Shown: piece by piece, positions 19,651-32,107 of the stretch
Position numbering within the stretch: position 1 is the stretch's first letter
How the letters are laid out: each line of letters opens with the position of its first letter
NCBI GenBank assembly: GCA_963678065.2
Contig: CAXXVZ010000003.1
Span: forward strand, 1,696,001-1,760,000
Source: Treponemataceae bacterium
Lineage (GTDB): Bacteria > Spirochaetota > Spirochaetia > Treponematales > Rectinemataceae
Reading direction: 5' to 3'
DNA: 64,000 nucleotides
Notes under the pieces: generated by a model
Told to the model about the DNA's origin: nothing
The model's database searches: none
Seen by the model: only the letters and a program-made list of their open reading frames with translations
Translations under genes and position numbers: made by a program

Positions 19651-21194
19651 TCATACCGGCACCCCCCTGTACATCATCTCGTCGTTTCCCTTTCCGGGGG
19701 CGACGATCGGCCAAACATTCTCTTCCCTGCCTATCGCGTAGTCGATTACTGCCGGGCGGCGCGCTTTTTTCGCCGCGAGGAGGGCGTCGCGGAATTCGGA
19801 CAACGACCCCGGACTGTATCCGTCAGCCCCGTACGCCCGGGCGATCCCGGCAAAATCGGGGGTATAGGGCGGACAAAGCCCGTCGGGCGCGGCGCGTTCC
19901 TTGCCGCAACTCCTGCCGCAGCCCTGGCAGGACTGAAGGCAAACGGACGAATAGCGCCACTCGAAGAACAGCTCCTGCCACTGCCTCACCATGCCGAGAT
20001 AACCATTGTTCATCACGACGACAATGACGGGGAGGTCTTCCTGAACGCAGGTCGCCAACTCCTGGATATTCATCTGGAAGGAGCCGTCTCCCGCGACCAC
20101 CACTACCGTTCCAGCCGAGAAGGCCACCTGGGCGCCCATCCCGGCTGGAAAACCATAGCCTATCGTTCCCAGACCTCCCGATGTCAGCCAACGTCGCGGA
20201 CAGTCGAATGCGAGGTATTAGGTCGCCCACATCTGGTTCTGCCCGACCTCGGTGGCGATCAGGGTGCCGGGACAGCATTCGTTTATGGCGGAAAGGATTC
20301 CCCCGGGCGACGGCGGCCGCTTGGCCGAGACCGCATCCGCGAACCGCACACCGAGACCCACCAAAAGATCGCAGGCGGTCAGGGCCATGTTCGCCTCGAT
20401 GTTTCCATTCATGCCAATCATTCCCAGGTTCAAGGGATGCTTCGAGTCGACGACGCCAATGCCCATAAGAGAAGTGACGAAGGGAATGCCTGTAGCCTCG
20501 AGAATCTTCGAGAAGATCGGCGCGGAGTCGGAAATCACCATCCCCCCGCCGACGAAGAAAAGCGGCCACCTCGCCTCCGATACCGCCGCGGCGAGCGCTT
20601 CCACCTGTTCCCGCGGCGCGCGGCTCACGGGTTTATAGCCGCGGATCGCCACCGTCTCAAGATACTGGTCGTTCAGGGTTTCGATCTGGATATCCTTGGG
20701 AACATCGATGACGACAGGTCCGGGACGGCCGCTGGCCACGATATGGAAGGACTGCTTCAGCACTGCCCCCAGGCCGCTTCGCTTCATGGCGAGATAATTA
20801 TGCTTCGTCACCGGCAAGGTTATCCCTATGGTATCGGCTTCCTGAAAGGCGTCGTTGCCGATAAGGGCGCGCGAAACCTGGCCGGTGATGCATCGGTGAT
20901 GCATACGAGGGGAACGGAGTCGAATCAGATGGTGGCCAGGCCAGTGACGGTATTGGTAGCCCCGGGGCCGCTCGTCGCGATGCAGACGCCCACCTTGCCC
21001 GTCGCCCTCGCATAGCCGTCGACGGTATGAACCGCTGCCTGTTCTTACCGGAGGAGTATCATGCGGATATCGCGGGCATCGTAGAGAGCGTTGAAAATAG
21101 GGATAACCGCGCCGCCGGGGTATCTGAATACCATGTCGACATATTCCCGGCGCAGGACTTCGACGATCATTTCGGCTCCGCGTTTCATCACCAT
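19651..21194 (-). pseudogene. ilvB: Acetolactate synthase large subunit, fragmented
   Basis: Pieces YPGGAVIP, TGQV..IGNDAFQEAD, SGRPGPVVIDVPKD, EVGQNQMW, GDGSFQMNIQEL spread over several frames with stops and deletions. Confidence 0.88.
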
Positions 21195-21212
21195 CCGGCT
21201 CCTTTCGAATAG

Positions 21213-22519
<1,307 letters not shown>

Positions 22520-22520
<1 letters not shown>

Positions 22521-22830
22521 TAGTTTCTTCCGCGGCGCGCGATGCTTTCCAGGAATTCGGTCACCGCGAGCCCGCCGGGCGGACAGCCGCTGATCGCAGA
22601 AGCTCCACCCGCTTCGTCCAGCCCACGGACGTCTTGCCCAGTAATTCTATCTTCGGCGCCCGCTCCGCAAAGCCCACAAACGCCGCGGGCAAAGCCGTCA
22701 TAAGCCTGGCTCCCGAAGAAGCCGCGGCCGCCTTTGATGTGCGGCTCGGGGAAACCGGCAAGGGCGGTATAGCAGGGCGAGCAGACGGAACGATCGTCGA
22801 CGCGGACAGTGAGTCCTTTACCCATCCTCG
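22520..22830 (-). pseudogene. C-terminal fragment of a Cys-rich protein (DUF362-like tail)
   Basis: SVCSPCYTAL and ISGCPP motifs; no N-terminus. Confidence 0.4.
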
Positions 22831-22839
22831 CGGGGAGGG

Positions 22840-23118
22840 CTGGCAAAGGCCTTGTAGTCACCCTTGGTGGCATAGGTCGGCCAGTTGTTCTCGGCGCCGC
22901 CGATGATGTCGGGCATGATGCTGGGATAGATGTCGTTCGACCCGATGCCGGTGATAGAAACGCCGCCGAGGAACTCGGTCATCTTGACCATCATCTTGTT
23001 GTCCTGGGTGCGGATCTTAAGCCCGCCATTTTCTTGGTCGGGTAGTAGCAGCGGCTGCAGGCGTCGTAACAGCAGAGGCCGATGAGTCCGGAGCCGAAGG
23101 GCTGGATTTCTTCATCAT
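22840..23118 (-). pseudogene. TRAP transporter DctP substrate-binding protein fragment
   Basis: Manual translation GLIGLCCYDA..YYPTKK / frameshift / GLKIRTQDNKMMVKM...IIGGAENNWPTY. Confidence 0.65.
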
Positions 23119-23260
23119 GTCCTGTTCAACCTGTCCGTTTAGCACAGCCCACATATGCGCGGTGCTCTTGTATATGAAAATCTTTCCAGTTTCGAGGCCT
23201 TGAAGCTGGTGTATTCCACCATGTGGAATACACGCTTGGCGAGGAAGCGAAGAAAATAGT

Positions 23261-23310
23261 TTGACAGACTGGCAAAGCGGTCATACAATGTGCGTGTACG
23301 TTACCGCAAC
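23261..23310 (+). promoter_or_regulatory. sigma70 promoter plus candidate LacI-type operator upstream of araBA
   Basis: TTGACA-17-TACAAT then GTGCGTGTACGTTACCGCAAC. Confidence 0.78.
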
Positions 23311-23341
23311 ATGGCGACCGAAGAAAGTTGGAGGCAGGCTG

Positions 23342-24286
23342 GTGGCTCAGGAATACCGCGGGGAATACACCCTTGGAATCGACTACGGGACAGGTTCCTG
23401 CCGCGCCGCCGTCATCGACGCCCATAATGGCGCCGAAATCGCCTCGGCCGTCGCCGAATATCCCCGCTGGGGCCAGGGGTTTTTCTGCAACCCGACGAGG
23501 AATGTTTTCCGCCAGCATCCTCTCGATTACATCGAATCCCTTCAGAAAGCCATGGACGCGCTCCAGGCCCGCCTCGGCGCGGAGACGCTGGCCTCGATCA
23601 GGGGCCTGGCGATCGACACGACGGGTTCGACGCCCTGCGCGGTGGACGCCGGGGGCATGCCCCTGGCGCTGAATCCGGAGTTCGCCAAAGATCCCGACGC
23701 CATGTTCGTGCTCTGGAAGGACCACAGCGCCACCGAGGAAGCCGCCTCCATCAATCGGGCGGCGAGGACCTGGGGGGGCGTCGACTTTACCAAGTATGAA
23801 GGAGGAATCTATTCCTCCGAGTGGTTCTGGGCCAAGATAGCCCATCTCTTCAAGTCCATGTGGTACAATTCTTTCGGCGGCTACCCCCCCATCGAATTCC
23901 TGAGCCTTATCCACACGGGACTCCCACGGATCGCCGCTACCCTCGGCGGAAAAACCTGGACGAGCGACCAGGCTTGCGGCGCGCTAATTGCCGAATGGGG
24001 GTCGCGGCTCCATCTGACCGCTCTCCCGCCCATGGCCGTCGGCTCCTACGGCGCCCACATGGGAGCCGTGGGCGGAGGCGTCCGCAAAGGCGTCCTCGTC
24101 AAGGTTATAAGCACCTTCACCTGCGACATGAGGGTCGGGCCGGCGCCGAAGAGCGAGGAAAGACTCGTCCTCGGAATGCTCATCAAAAGGACGGTCTATC
24201 CGCGCCCCGCCTTCCATAGTAAGTACGCTACCCTCTATTCCCGCTATAGAAGCTTGGGAAGTTGCGCCGAAAAGGAGTTTTCATGA
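23342..24286 (+). pseudogene. araB: Ribulokinase with in-frame internal deletions (314 aa)
   Basis: LGIDYGT, FRQHPLDY, DTTGSTP, LWKDH, SSEWFWAK present; HCDW/RCAAGH segment and most of C-terminal FGGY domain missing. Confidence 0.85.
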
Positions 24287-25803
24287 ATAGCATGCAAAAG
24301 TACGAATTCTGGCTGATCGTGGGCAGCCAGCATCTCTACGGTCCCGAAACCCTCGCGGCCGTGGAGGCGGACGCCCGGACCATCGCGGCGGGTCTCGCCG
24401 AGCGCTCTACCGGTGCCGACAACTCTAGCGGCGCTGGTGGATCGGCCCTTCCCTGCCGTCTCCTTTTCAAGAAGGTCGCGACCACTTCCGATGAGATCCT
24501 CGCCCTCTTCAGGGAGGCGAATGCATCCCCGACCTGCGCGGGCATCGTCACCTGGATGCATACCTTCTCCCCGTCCAAGATGTGGATCGCTGGCTTCGCC
24601 GCCAACCGCAAGCCCCTCCTCCACCTCCACACCCAGTTCAACCGCGACATACCCTGGGCGACCATCGACATGGACTTCATGAACCTCAACCAGTCGGCCC
24701 ACGGCGACCGGGAGCACGGCTTTATCCAGACGAGGATGAAGCTGGCCCGCAAGGTCGTCGTCGGCCATTGGCGGAATCCCTCCGTGGCGAAGCGAATCGG
24801 GGCCTGGATGCGCGCGGCCTGCGCCTTCGCGGACGGGGCCGCATCGCCCGTGGTCCGCTTCGGCGACAACATGCGCGACGTCGCGGTCACCGAGGGCAAC
24901 AAGGTCTCGGCCCAGATCCAGTTCGGCTGGTCAGTCCCGGGCTACGGCCTGGGCGAGCTCGCCAGGGCGGTCAGGGGTGTTTCCGATGCCGAGATCGGCG
25001 CCCTTATCGCCGAATACCGGGAACGATACATCATCGCTTCCGACCTCGCCTCCGATCCGCGGCGCTTCGCCCGGGTTGAGGAACAGGCCCGCCTCGAGCT
25101 GGGCATGCGATCTTTCCTGGAGAGCAAGGGCGCCGGCGCCTTCACCACGACCTTCGAAGACCTGGAGGGCCTGCCCCAGCTTCCCGGCCTGGCTTCCCAG
25201 CGCCTGATGGAGAGCGGCTACGGTTTCGGCGCCGAGGGTGACTGGAAGACAGCCGCCCTGGTCCGCGCGATGAAAGTCATGGGCGAGGGCCTCGAGGGCG
25301 GCACAGCCTTCATGGAAGACTATACCTATCACTTCGAGCCCGGAAACGAGCTCGTCATGGGCGCCCACATGCTCGAGGTTTGTCCCAGCATCGCTCGAAC
25401 GCGCCCCCGCATCGAAGTTCACCCCCTGGGTATCGGGGGAAAGGCCGATCCCGCCCGGCTTGTCTTCGAAACCCAGACGGGGCCGGCGATCGTCGCCACG
25501 ATGCTCGACCTGGGAGACCGTTTCAGGCTCCTCGCCAACCTTGTGGAGTCCGTCGAAGCGCCGGCGTCGACGCCCAAGCTACCCGTGGCCAAGGTCCTCT
25601 GGAAGCCGGCGCCCTCCCTCGAGGAAAGCGCGAGGCTATGGATATTGGCGGGGGGAGCGCACCATACCAGCTTCTCTTCCCAGGTAACCCAGGAGATGCT
25701 CGAGGACTACGCGCGGATGGTTGGCGTGGAATGCGTCGTTATCGGCGACGGGAGGGATCCTCGGATCGTGGAGGACAGGCTCGATCGTGAAATCTTAACC
25801 TAA
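24283..25803 (+). CDS. araA: L-arabinose isomerase
   Basis: GSQHLYG, WMHTFSP, LNQSAHGDRE, FGAEGDWK, FMEDYTY, GAHMLE, GGAHH. Confidence 0.96.
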   Translation: MNSMQKYEFWLIVGSQHLYGPETLAAVEADARTIAAGLAERSTGADNSSGAGGSALPCRLLFKKVATTSDEILALFREANASPTCAGIVTWMHTFSPSKMWIAGFAANRKPLLHLHTQFNRDIPWATIDMDFMNLNQSAHGDREHGFIQTRMKLARKVVVGHWRNPSVAKRIGAWMRAACAFADGAASPVVRFGDNMRDVAVTEGNKVSAQIQFGWSVPGYGLGELARAVRGVSDAEIGALIAEYRERYIIASDLASDPRRFARVEEQARLELGMRSFLESKGAGAFTTTFEDLEGLPQLPGLASQRLMESGYGFGAEGDWKTAALVRAMKVMGEGLEGGTAFMEDYTYHFEPGNELVMGAHMLEVCPSIARTRPRIEVHPLGIGGKADPARLVFETQTGPAIVATMLDLGDRFRLLANLVESVEAPASTPKLPVAKVLWKPAPSLEESARLWILAGGAHHTSFSSQVTQEMLEDYARMVGVECVVIGDGRDPRIVEDRLDREILT

Positions 25804-25913
25804 GCACCCGCTTCGCTTCGGTGAAATTTTCGCCGCCATCGAAGCGAGACTAGAGTCGGCGGTAGATAATCTCATTTTATTTCCTCATTCACGTCAACCA
25901 AGGAGGTTTGACC

Positions 25914-27857
25914 ATGCTAAGGAGAGAAGTGTCTTCTGGTATCATCCTGACGCTGGCGCTCGCGGCTGCCCTGGTGCTGCCAACGAGCGTCTTCGCGCTC
26001 AATTATTCCGGCAGCCAGGGCAACACCGCCACCTTTGAGACCCTCGAGGAAACCCGAGTCAGCAGCCCGGCCGCCGTCGCCAACCTCGAGACCAACGTCG
26101 GCAAGCCCTTCAAGTCCCACCCCGTCCTCGACGGCTACCCGCAAGGCACGACCTACGTCTATCGCTCAGCGGAGATGTTCGGCGGACGGGCCGCGGCCAG
26201 GCTCAACACCGACATCCTGGTATTCTCCGACCAGTCCTTCGCCGGCAAAGGTCCCGCCCTCAACTACCTCAAGGACCTCGGCCTCATCAAGATCATCGAC
26301 AAGGCCATCGGCAGTGTCGTCCTCGTCACCCCCGCCGATCCCAAGGCGGGCTTCGGCCAGGCCGACCAGAAAAACTACTACGCCCTCCAGACAGCCATGC
26401 TCGCCCAGAAAGCCTCCGAAACCTCCGGCAAGGTCACGACCTACTACTCCGACGCCGAGTACTTCGGCGGCTACGGCTACACCTACGTGATCGGCATCGA
26501 CGGCGGGGCCACCTTCCTGAACAACTACGTGGCCGGCACCTTCGACTACGTCAGCAGGATCGCCGGCATGCTCCTGGTAAACGGCAAGATGGACAGCATC
26601 CGCAACGTCGCTTCCCTGGTCCCGGCCTACCTGGTCAATGCCCCGGACTCGGTCGTTGAGAAGTACAGGAAGGCCAACGGCACCGACGCCGACGCCGACG
26701 CCAGTGCTGGTGAGGTCGAGACCTTCTACAACCAGGCCTTCCCCCTCAGGAAGGTCGTCGTCAACAACGACGTGACCGCGAACTTGGCCTCCATCGTCAG
26801 CGACGCCTACTACAACCTCTTCATCAAGGCCATGAGAGTGCCCGTCATCAAGCAGGGACTCTATACCGCTGCCACCCCCTACCAGGGCTACAACTTCGAC
26901 GAGGCGCCCTACTCTCTCTGCGAGAGGAACGCCGTGATCGGCGGAGTGACCGAGGACGGGCTTCACCTGATCCGGCACAAGGAAGAACGCTTCAGCGATG
27001 TCAAGACCGCTGCTGGCGAGTACCTCCAGACCTGGTTCGAGTACCTGCCCGAGGAAGTGCTGAACAACACCGCCCCGAAGGGAAGCGTGCCCCTCATCCT
27101 GGCCAACCACGGTGGCGGGGATGACCCTCGCGTATTCGTCGACGAGATCGGCCTGCTCGCTCTCGCTGGTTCAGAAGGTTTCGCGATCGTTGCTCCCGAG
27201 AAGCAATCCATCGAAGGATCGCCAAAGGGAACCGACGTCGTGGGCGGTATCCTCAGCGATATCCTTCCCCGACTTGTGAAGTACATGCTGGCGACCTATC
27301 CGGCCCTGGATCCCTCCCGCGTCTACGTCACCGGCTATTCGATGGGTGGTGCCGCAACCTTGAACGCCCTCTACGGTGCCCCTTCGCTATTCGCCGCAGC
27401 GATCCCAATGGCGGCCGCAGGATACGTGCCGACACCGGAGCAAGCGGCAAAATTTAACGAAACTGACCTGCCGATCATGTTCGCAACCTCTACCTACGAC
27501 CGTATCTTCGCGTATGACTCCGTTGCCGGGAATATCGCGGAAGCCTATCAGACGAAGATCAAGCAATTCCTGGGTTTCAATGGTATTCCTGCATTCGAAT
27601 TCTTCGATTTCAAGGCCTTCCCGATCGCCGGATTCAAGGCTGACAAGGTCGTGAGCCTGCGGCTCAACGGAGAATACGGGAATACCACGTGGTATCTCAA
27701 CAACGACAAGGGCGTGCCGATGGTGGCCCTTACCGTGACCGAGAACCTCGTCCACGCCCTCTACCCCGAATACGCCAAGATCATGTGGGATTTCGCCAAG
27801 CACTATTCCCGCAACCAAGGCACCGGAGCGGTCGAGTACGCTCCCTTCGTCCGGTAG
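25914..27857 (+). CDS. Secreted alpha/beta-hydrolase (PHB-depolymerase/esterase-like), array copy 1, type A
   Basis: Signal peptide (VFA), HGGGDD, GYSMGG, STYD, HALYPEY; AAGGAGG RBS; TTG at 25908 alternative start. Confidence 0.8.
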   Translation: MLRREVSSGIILTLALAAALVLPTSVFALNYSGSQGNTATFETLEETRVSSPAAVANLETNVGKPFKSHPVLDGYPQGTTYVYRSAEMFGGRAAARLNTDILVFSDQSFAGKGPALNYLKDLGLIKIIDKAIGSVVLVTPADPKAGFGQADQKNYYALQTAMLAQKASETSGKVTTYYSDAEYFGGYGYTYVIGIDGGATFLNNYVAGTFDYVSRIAGMLLVNGKMDSIRNVASLVPAYLVNAPDSVVEKYRKANGTDADADASAGEVETFYNQAFPLRKVVVNNDVTANLASIVSDAYYNLFIKAMRVPVIKQGLYTAATPYQGYNFDEAPYSLCERNAVIGGVTEDGLHLIRHKEERFSDVKTAAGEYLQTWFEYLPEEVLNNTAPKGSVPLILANHGGGDDPRVFVDEIGLLALAGSEGFAIVAPEKQSIEGSPKGTDVVGGILSDILPRLVKYMLATYPALDPSRVYVTGYSMGGAATLNALYGAPSLFAAAIPMAAAGYVPTPEQAAKFNETDLPIMFATSTYDRIFAYDSVAGNIAEAYQTKIKQFLGFNGIPAFEFFDFKAFPIAGFKADKVVSLRLNGEYGNTTWYLNNDKGVPMVALTVTENLVHALYPEYAKIMWDFAKHYSRNQGTGAVEYAPFVR

Positions 27858-27999
27858 GCGAGAAGTCTTCAGCAATGGCGAAGTCGCGGAAGGTGGAATC
27901 TGCGCCAGCCTTCCGCGACCCGGTTTGGGGCGCAGGTAGAACAGGCGATATTGATGGCGACATCAATACGTATACGGATACCCAATGGAGGGAAGAAAC

Positions 28000-29934
28000 A
28001 TGTCCAAGAAGCGAATCTCGTTCGTGATCGCTCTGGCGCTGGCGGCGGCACTTTTGCTGCCCGTGAGCGTCTTCGCGCTCAACTACTCAGGCAGCCAAGG
28101 GAACGCCGCCACCTTCGAGACCCTCGAGGAAACCCGCCTCAGCAGCCCGGCTGCCGTCGCCAACCTCGAGACCAACGTCGGAAAGCCCTTCAAGTCCCAC
28201 CCCGTCCTCGACGGCTACCCCAAGGGCACGACCTACGTCTATCGCTCGGCCGAGATGTACGGCGGACGGGCCGCGGCCAGGCTCAACACCAACATCCTGG
28301 TCTTCTCCGACCAGTCCTTCGCCGGCAAAGGCCCTGCCCTCAACTACCTCAAGGACCTCGGCCTCATCAAGATCATCGACCAGGCCGTAGGCAGCGTCGT
28401 CCTCGTCACCCCAGCCGATCCCAAGGCGGGCTTCGGCCAGGCCGACCAGAAGAACTACTACGCCCTCCAGACAGCCATGCTCGCCCAGAAGGCTTCGGAG
28501 ACCTCCGGCAAGATAACGACCTACTACTCCGACGCCGAGTACTTCGGCGGCTACGGCTACACCTACGTCATCGGCATCGACGGCGGGGCTACCTTCCTCA
28601 ACAACTACGTGGCCGGCACCTTCGACTACGTCAGCAGGATAGCCGGCATGCTCCTGGTCAACGGCAAGATGGACAGCATCCGCAACGTCGCTTCCCTGGT
28701 CCCGGCCTACTTGGTCAACGCCCCGGACTCGGTCGTTGAGAAGTACAGGAAGGCCAACGGCACCGACGCCTACGCCAGGGAAGGCGGGGTCGAGACCTAC
28801 TCCAACCAGGCCTTCCCCCTCAGGAAGGTCGTCGTCAACAACGACGTGACCGCGAACTTGGCCTCCATCGTCAGCGACGCCTACTACAACCTGTTCATCA
28901 AGGCCATGAGAGTGCCCGTCGTGCTGCAGGGGCTCTACACCGCCGCCACCCCCTACCAGGGCTACAACTTCGACGAGGCGCCCTATTCCCTCTGCGACAG
29001 GAACGCCGTGATCGACGGGGTGACTGCGGACGGGATCCACCTGATCCGCCATAAGGAAGAACGCTTCAGCGACGTCAAGACCGCGGCTGGCGAGTACCTT
29101 CAGACCTGGTTCGAGTACCTGCCCAAGGAAGTGTTGAACAACAGCGCCCCGAAGGGAAGCGTGCCCCTCATCCTGGCCAACCACGGTGGCGGGGATGATC
29201 CTCGCGTATTCGTCGACGAGATCGGCCTGCTCGACCTTGCCGGCTCGGAACGCTTCGCCATCGTGGCCCCGGACGAACAGTACCTCTGGACGACGAAGAA
29301 AGACGATCCGACGGCTGAAATGACCTGCGAAGTGACGCCTCGCCTCGCAAGGTACATGCTGGCGACCTATCCGGCCCTGGATCCCTCCCGTGTCTACGTC
29401 ACCGGCTACTCCATGGGCGGCGGCGCTACGCTCAAGAACCTGAATGGCGACCCCTCGTTGTTCGCGGCGGGGATCGTCATGGCCGCCTCGAGCTATGTTG
29501 GGACGCCTGCCCAGGTCGCCGTATTCAACAAGATCGATCTGCCTGTCATGTTCTGCACGTCGTCCTTTGACATGCCCGCGGTCGGAGCCTTCGACCAGGC
29601 CACGGGAACAATCGCCGCCGGCTTCCAAAAGCAGATCAACCTCTTCCTCGGCTATAACGGAATCCCGAAAATCAGCGCGTTTGACTTCGCCGCGTATCCG
29701 ATCGCCGGATTCAAGGCCGACAAGGTCGTGAACGAGACGCTCAACGGCGAGCACAAGAATACCCGTTGGTTCATGAACAACAGCGATGACGTACCCATGG
29801 TCGCCCTCAGCTTCACCGAGGACCTGGTGCATGCCCTGTATCCGGAATACGGCAGGGTCCTGTGGGATTTTGCCAAGCACTATTCCAGGAATCCAGAGAC
29901 CGGCGCGATCCGCTACAACCCCTACATCAAATAA
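28000..29934 (+). CDS. Secreted alpha/beta-hydrolase, array copy 2, type A
   Basis: MSKKRISF signal peptide; HGGGDD, GYSMGG, HALYPEY. Confidence 0.8.
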   Translation: MSKKRISFVIALALAAALLLPVSVFALNYSGSQGNAATFETLEETRLSSPAAVANLETNVGKPFKSHPVLDGYPKGTTYVYRSAEMYGGRAAARLNTNILVFSDQSFAGKGPALNYLKDLGLIKIIDQAVGSVVLVTPADPKAGFGQADQKNYYALQTAMLAQKASETSGKITTYYSDAEYFGGYGYTYVIGIDGGATFLNNYVAGTFDYVSRIAGMLLVNGKMDSIRNVASLVPAYLVNAPDSVVEKYRKANGTDAYAREGGVETYSNQAFPLRKVVVNNDVTANLASIVSDAYYNLFIKAMRVPVVLQGLYTAATPYQGYNFDEAPYSLCDRNAVIDGVTADGIHLIRHKEERFSDVKTAAGEYLQTWFEYLPKEVLNNSAPKGSVPLILANHGGGDDPRVFVDEIGLLDLAGSERFAIVAPDEQYLWTTKKDDPTAEMTCEVTPRLARYMLATYPALDPSRVYVTGYSMGGGATLKNLNGDPSLFAAGIVMAASSYVGTPAQVAVFNKIDLPVMFCTSSFDMPAVGAFDQATGTIAAGFQKQINLFLGYNGIPKISAFDFAAYPIAGFKADKVVNETLNGEHKNTRWFMNNSDDVPMVALSFTEDLVHALYPEYGRVLWDFAKHYSRNPETGAIRYNPYIK

Positions 29935-30054
29935 GTCTTCGCCCCCCGATCGCCCGAAGGAGAATAGCTACGGCGCCTGCCCTCCTTCGGGCCGTTCGGG
30001 GATAGGGCATGATCACCATGGCATACGCCGTATCGAACAAACACGGAGGTCTAT

Positions 30055-31986
30055 ATGGTAAAACCAAGATCCTTTCTGATGATCGTCCTGGCGCTCGCGA
30101 TAGCTTTGACGCTACCGTTGAGCATATTCGCTGCGAACCTCTATACTGGCAGCCAGGGAAACACCGCCACCTTCGAAACCCTCGAGGAAACCCGCCTCAG
30201 CAGCCCCAAAGCCGTCGCCAACCTTGAGACCAACGTCGGCAAGGCCTTCAAGTCCCACCCCGTCCTCGACGCCTACCCCAAGGGCACGACCTATGTCTAT
30301 CGCTCGCCCAATCTCAACGGGGGAAGAGCCGCCGCCAGGCTCAACACCGACATCCTGGTCTTTGCCGAGAAAACCTTCGCCGACAAGGGCGCCGCCCTCA
30401 AGTACATCGATGACCTTGGCCTGATCGACATCATCAACCAGGCCATCGGCAGCGTCATCCTCGTCACCCCATCCGATCCCAAGGCCGGCTTCGGACAGGC
30501 CGACCAGAAGAACTACTACGCCCTCCAGACCGCCATGCTCGCCCAGAAGGCTTCGGAGAGAGCTGGCACGGTCACGACCTACTACTCCGACGCCGAGTAC
30601 TTCGGCGGTTTCGGCTACACCTACGTGATCGGCATCGACGGCGGAGCCACCTTCCTGAACAACTACGTCGCCGGCACCTTCGACTACGTCAGCAGGATAG
30701 CCGGCATGCTCCTGGTAAACGGAAAGATGGACAGCATCCGCGCCGTCGCCTCCCTGGTCCCGACCTACCTGGTCAACGCCCCTGACTCGGTCGTGGAGAA
30801 GTACAAGAAGGCCAACGGCACCGACGCCAACGCCAGGGCCGGCGAGGTCGAGACCTTCTACAACCAGGCGCTTCCGCTCAAGAAGGTCGTGGTTGCAAGC
30901 GATGCGTATCCCGACGCAGGGAAGTACATCAAGGACGCCTACTACAACCTCTTCATCAAGGCCATGCGCCTGCCCGTGCTCAAGCAGGGCTTGTTCAGCG
31001 CCTCCACTCCGTATCAGAGCTACAACCTCGACCAGGCGCCGTACTCCCTCTGCGAGCGGAACGCCGTGATCGACGGGGTGACCGAGGACGGGATCTATGT
31101 CGTCAAACACAATGAGGATAGGTTCAAGGACCTTAAGACCCCGGAAGGCGACTATCTCCAGATATGGTTTGAGTACCTCCCCGATGAAGTCTTCAGTGGG
31201 ACAGCCGCGAAGGGGACGGTTCCCCTCATCCTGGCCAATCACGGAAGCGGTGACGATCCTCGCGGTCTCGTCGACGAACTCGGCTTGCTCGACCTTGCTG
31301 GGAAAGAGCGTTTCGTCGTCGTCTCCCCCGAACATCAGTACATCAGCGGCGAATCCAAGACGATAGAGCTAAAAGCCCTGCCCGCCCTTGTTGAATACAT
31401 GCTGGCTACCTACCCTGCCCTGGACCCCTCCCGCGTTTACGTCATGGGCTACTCCATGGGCGCCGGCGCGACGCTCAAGGCGATCTACGGCAAACCTTCC
31501 CTTTTCGCGGCCGCGGCTCCGATGTCGCCGATACCGGGTTTCGGGGCGCCCTATGCCCCGACTGACGCTGACATGGCTGTCTATGCTGGTATCGATCTGC
31601 CTGTCCTCTTCGAGACGTCCGAGAACGACCTCGCCGTCACCTTCGACCAGAAACTGCAAGGTATTTCTCCCGCGTACCAGACGATCTTTAGAAGATTCCT
31701 CGGCGTCAACGAATTGAAGCCCATCGAGTCCTTCGACTTCGACACGTATAAGCTCAGCGGATTCAAGGCTGACAAGGTCGTGAGCCTGCGGCTCAACGGA
31801 GAATACGGGAATACCACGTGGTATCTCAACAACGACAAGGACGTGCCGATGGTGGCCTTGACCATCACCGAAGGCCTTGTCCATGCCCTCTACCCCGAAT
31901 ACGCGAAGCTCGGCTGGAATTTTCTCAAGCACTACTCGCGCGACCAGAAAACCGGCGAGATCAAGTACGACCCCACGATAAAATAA
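30055..31986 (+). CDS. Secreted alpha/beta-hydrolase, array copy 3, type A
   Basis: Signal peptide; HGSGDD, GYSMGA, HALYPEY. Confidence 0.8.
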   Translation: MVKPRSFLMIVLALAIALTLPLSIFAANLYTGSQGNTATFETLEETRLSSPKAVANLETNVGKAFKSHPVLDAYPKGTTYVYRSPNLNGGRAAARLNTDILVFAEKTFADKGAALKYIDDLGLIDIINQAIGSVILVTPSDPKAGFGQADQKNYYALQTAMLAQKASERAGTVTTYYSDAEYFGGFGYTYVIGIDGGATFLNNYVAGTFDYVSRIAGMLLVNGKMDSIRAVASLVPTYLVNAPDSVVEKYKKANGTDANARAGEVETFYNQALPLKKVVVASDAYPDAGKYIKDAYYNLFIKAMRLPVLKQGLFSASTPYQSYNLDQAPYSLCERNAVIDGVTEDGIYVVKHNEDRFKDLKTPEGDYLQIWFEYLPDEVFSGTAAKGTVPLILANHGSGDDPRGLVDELGLLDLAGKERFVVVSPEHQYISGESKTIELKALPALVEYMLATYPALDPSRVYVMGYSMGAGATLKAIYGKPSLFAAAAPMSPIPGFGAPYAPTDADMAVYAGIDLPVLFETSENDLAVTFDQKLQGISPAYQTIFRRFLGVNELKPIESFDFDTYKLSGFKADKVVSLRLNGEYGNTTWYLNNDKDVPMVALTITEGLVHALYPEYAKLGWNFLKHYSRDQKTGEIKYDPTIK

Positions 31987-32107
31987 GTCCCCTCTTTTCG
32001 AGGGGCTGAGGGGGAAGGAAGGGTGAAACGCCCCTCCTTCCCCGACTCCTCCGGAAGACGCTTTCCGCAATTAGGTCGGCTCATTTGATCAAACCAAGGA
32101 GGTTCTA

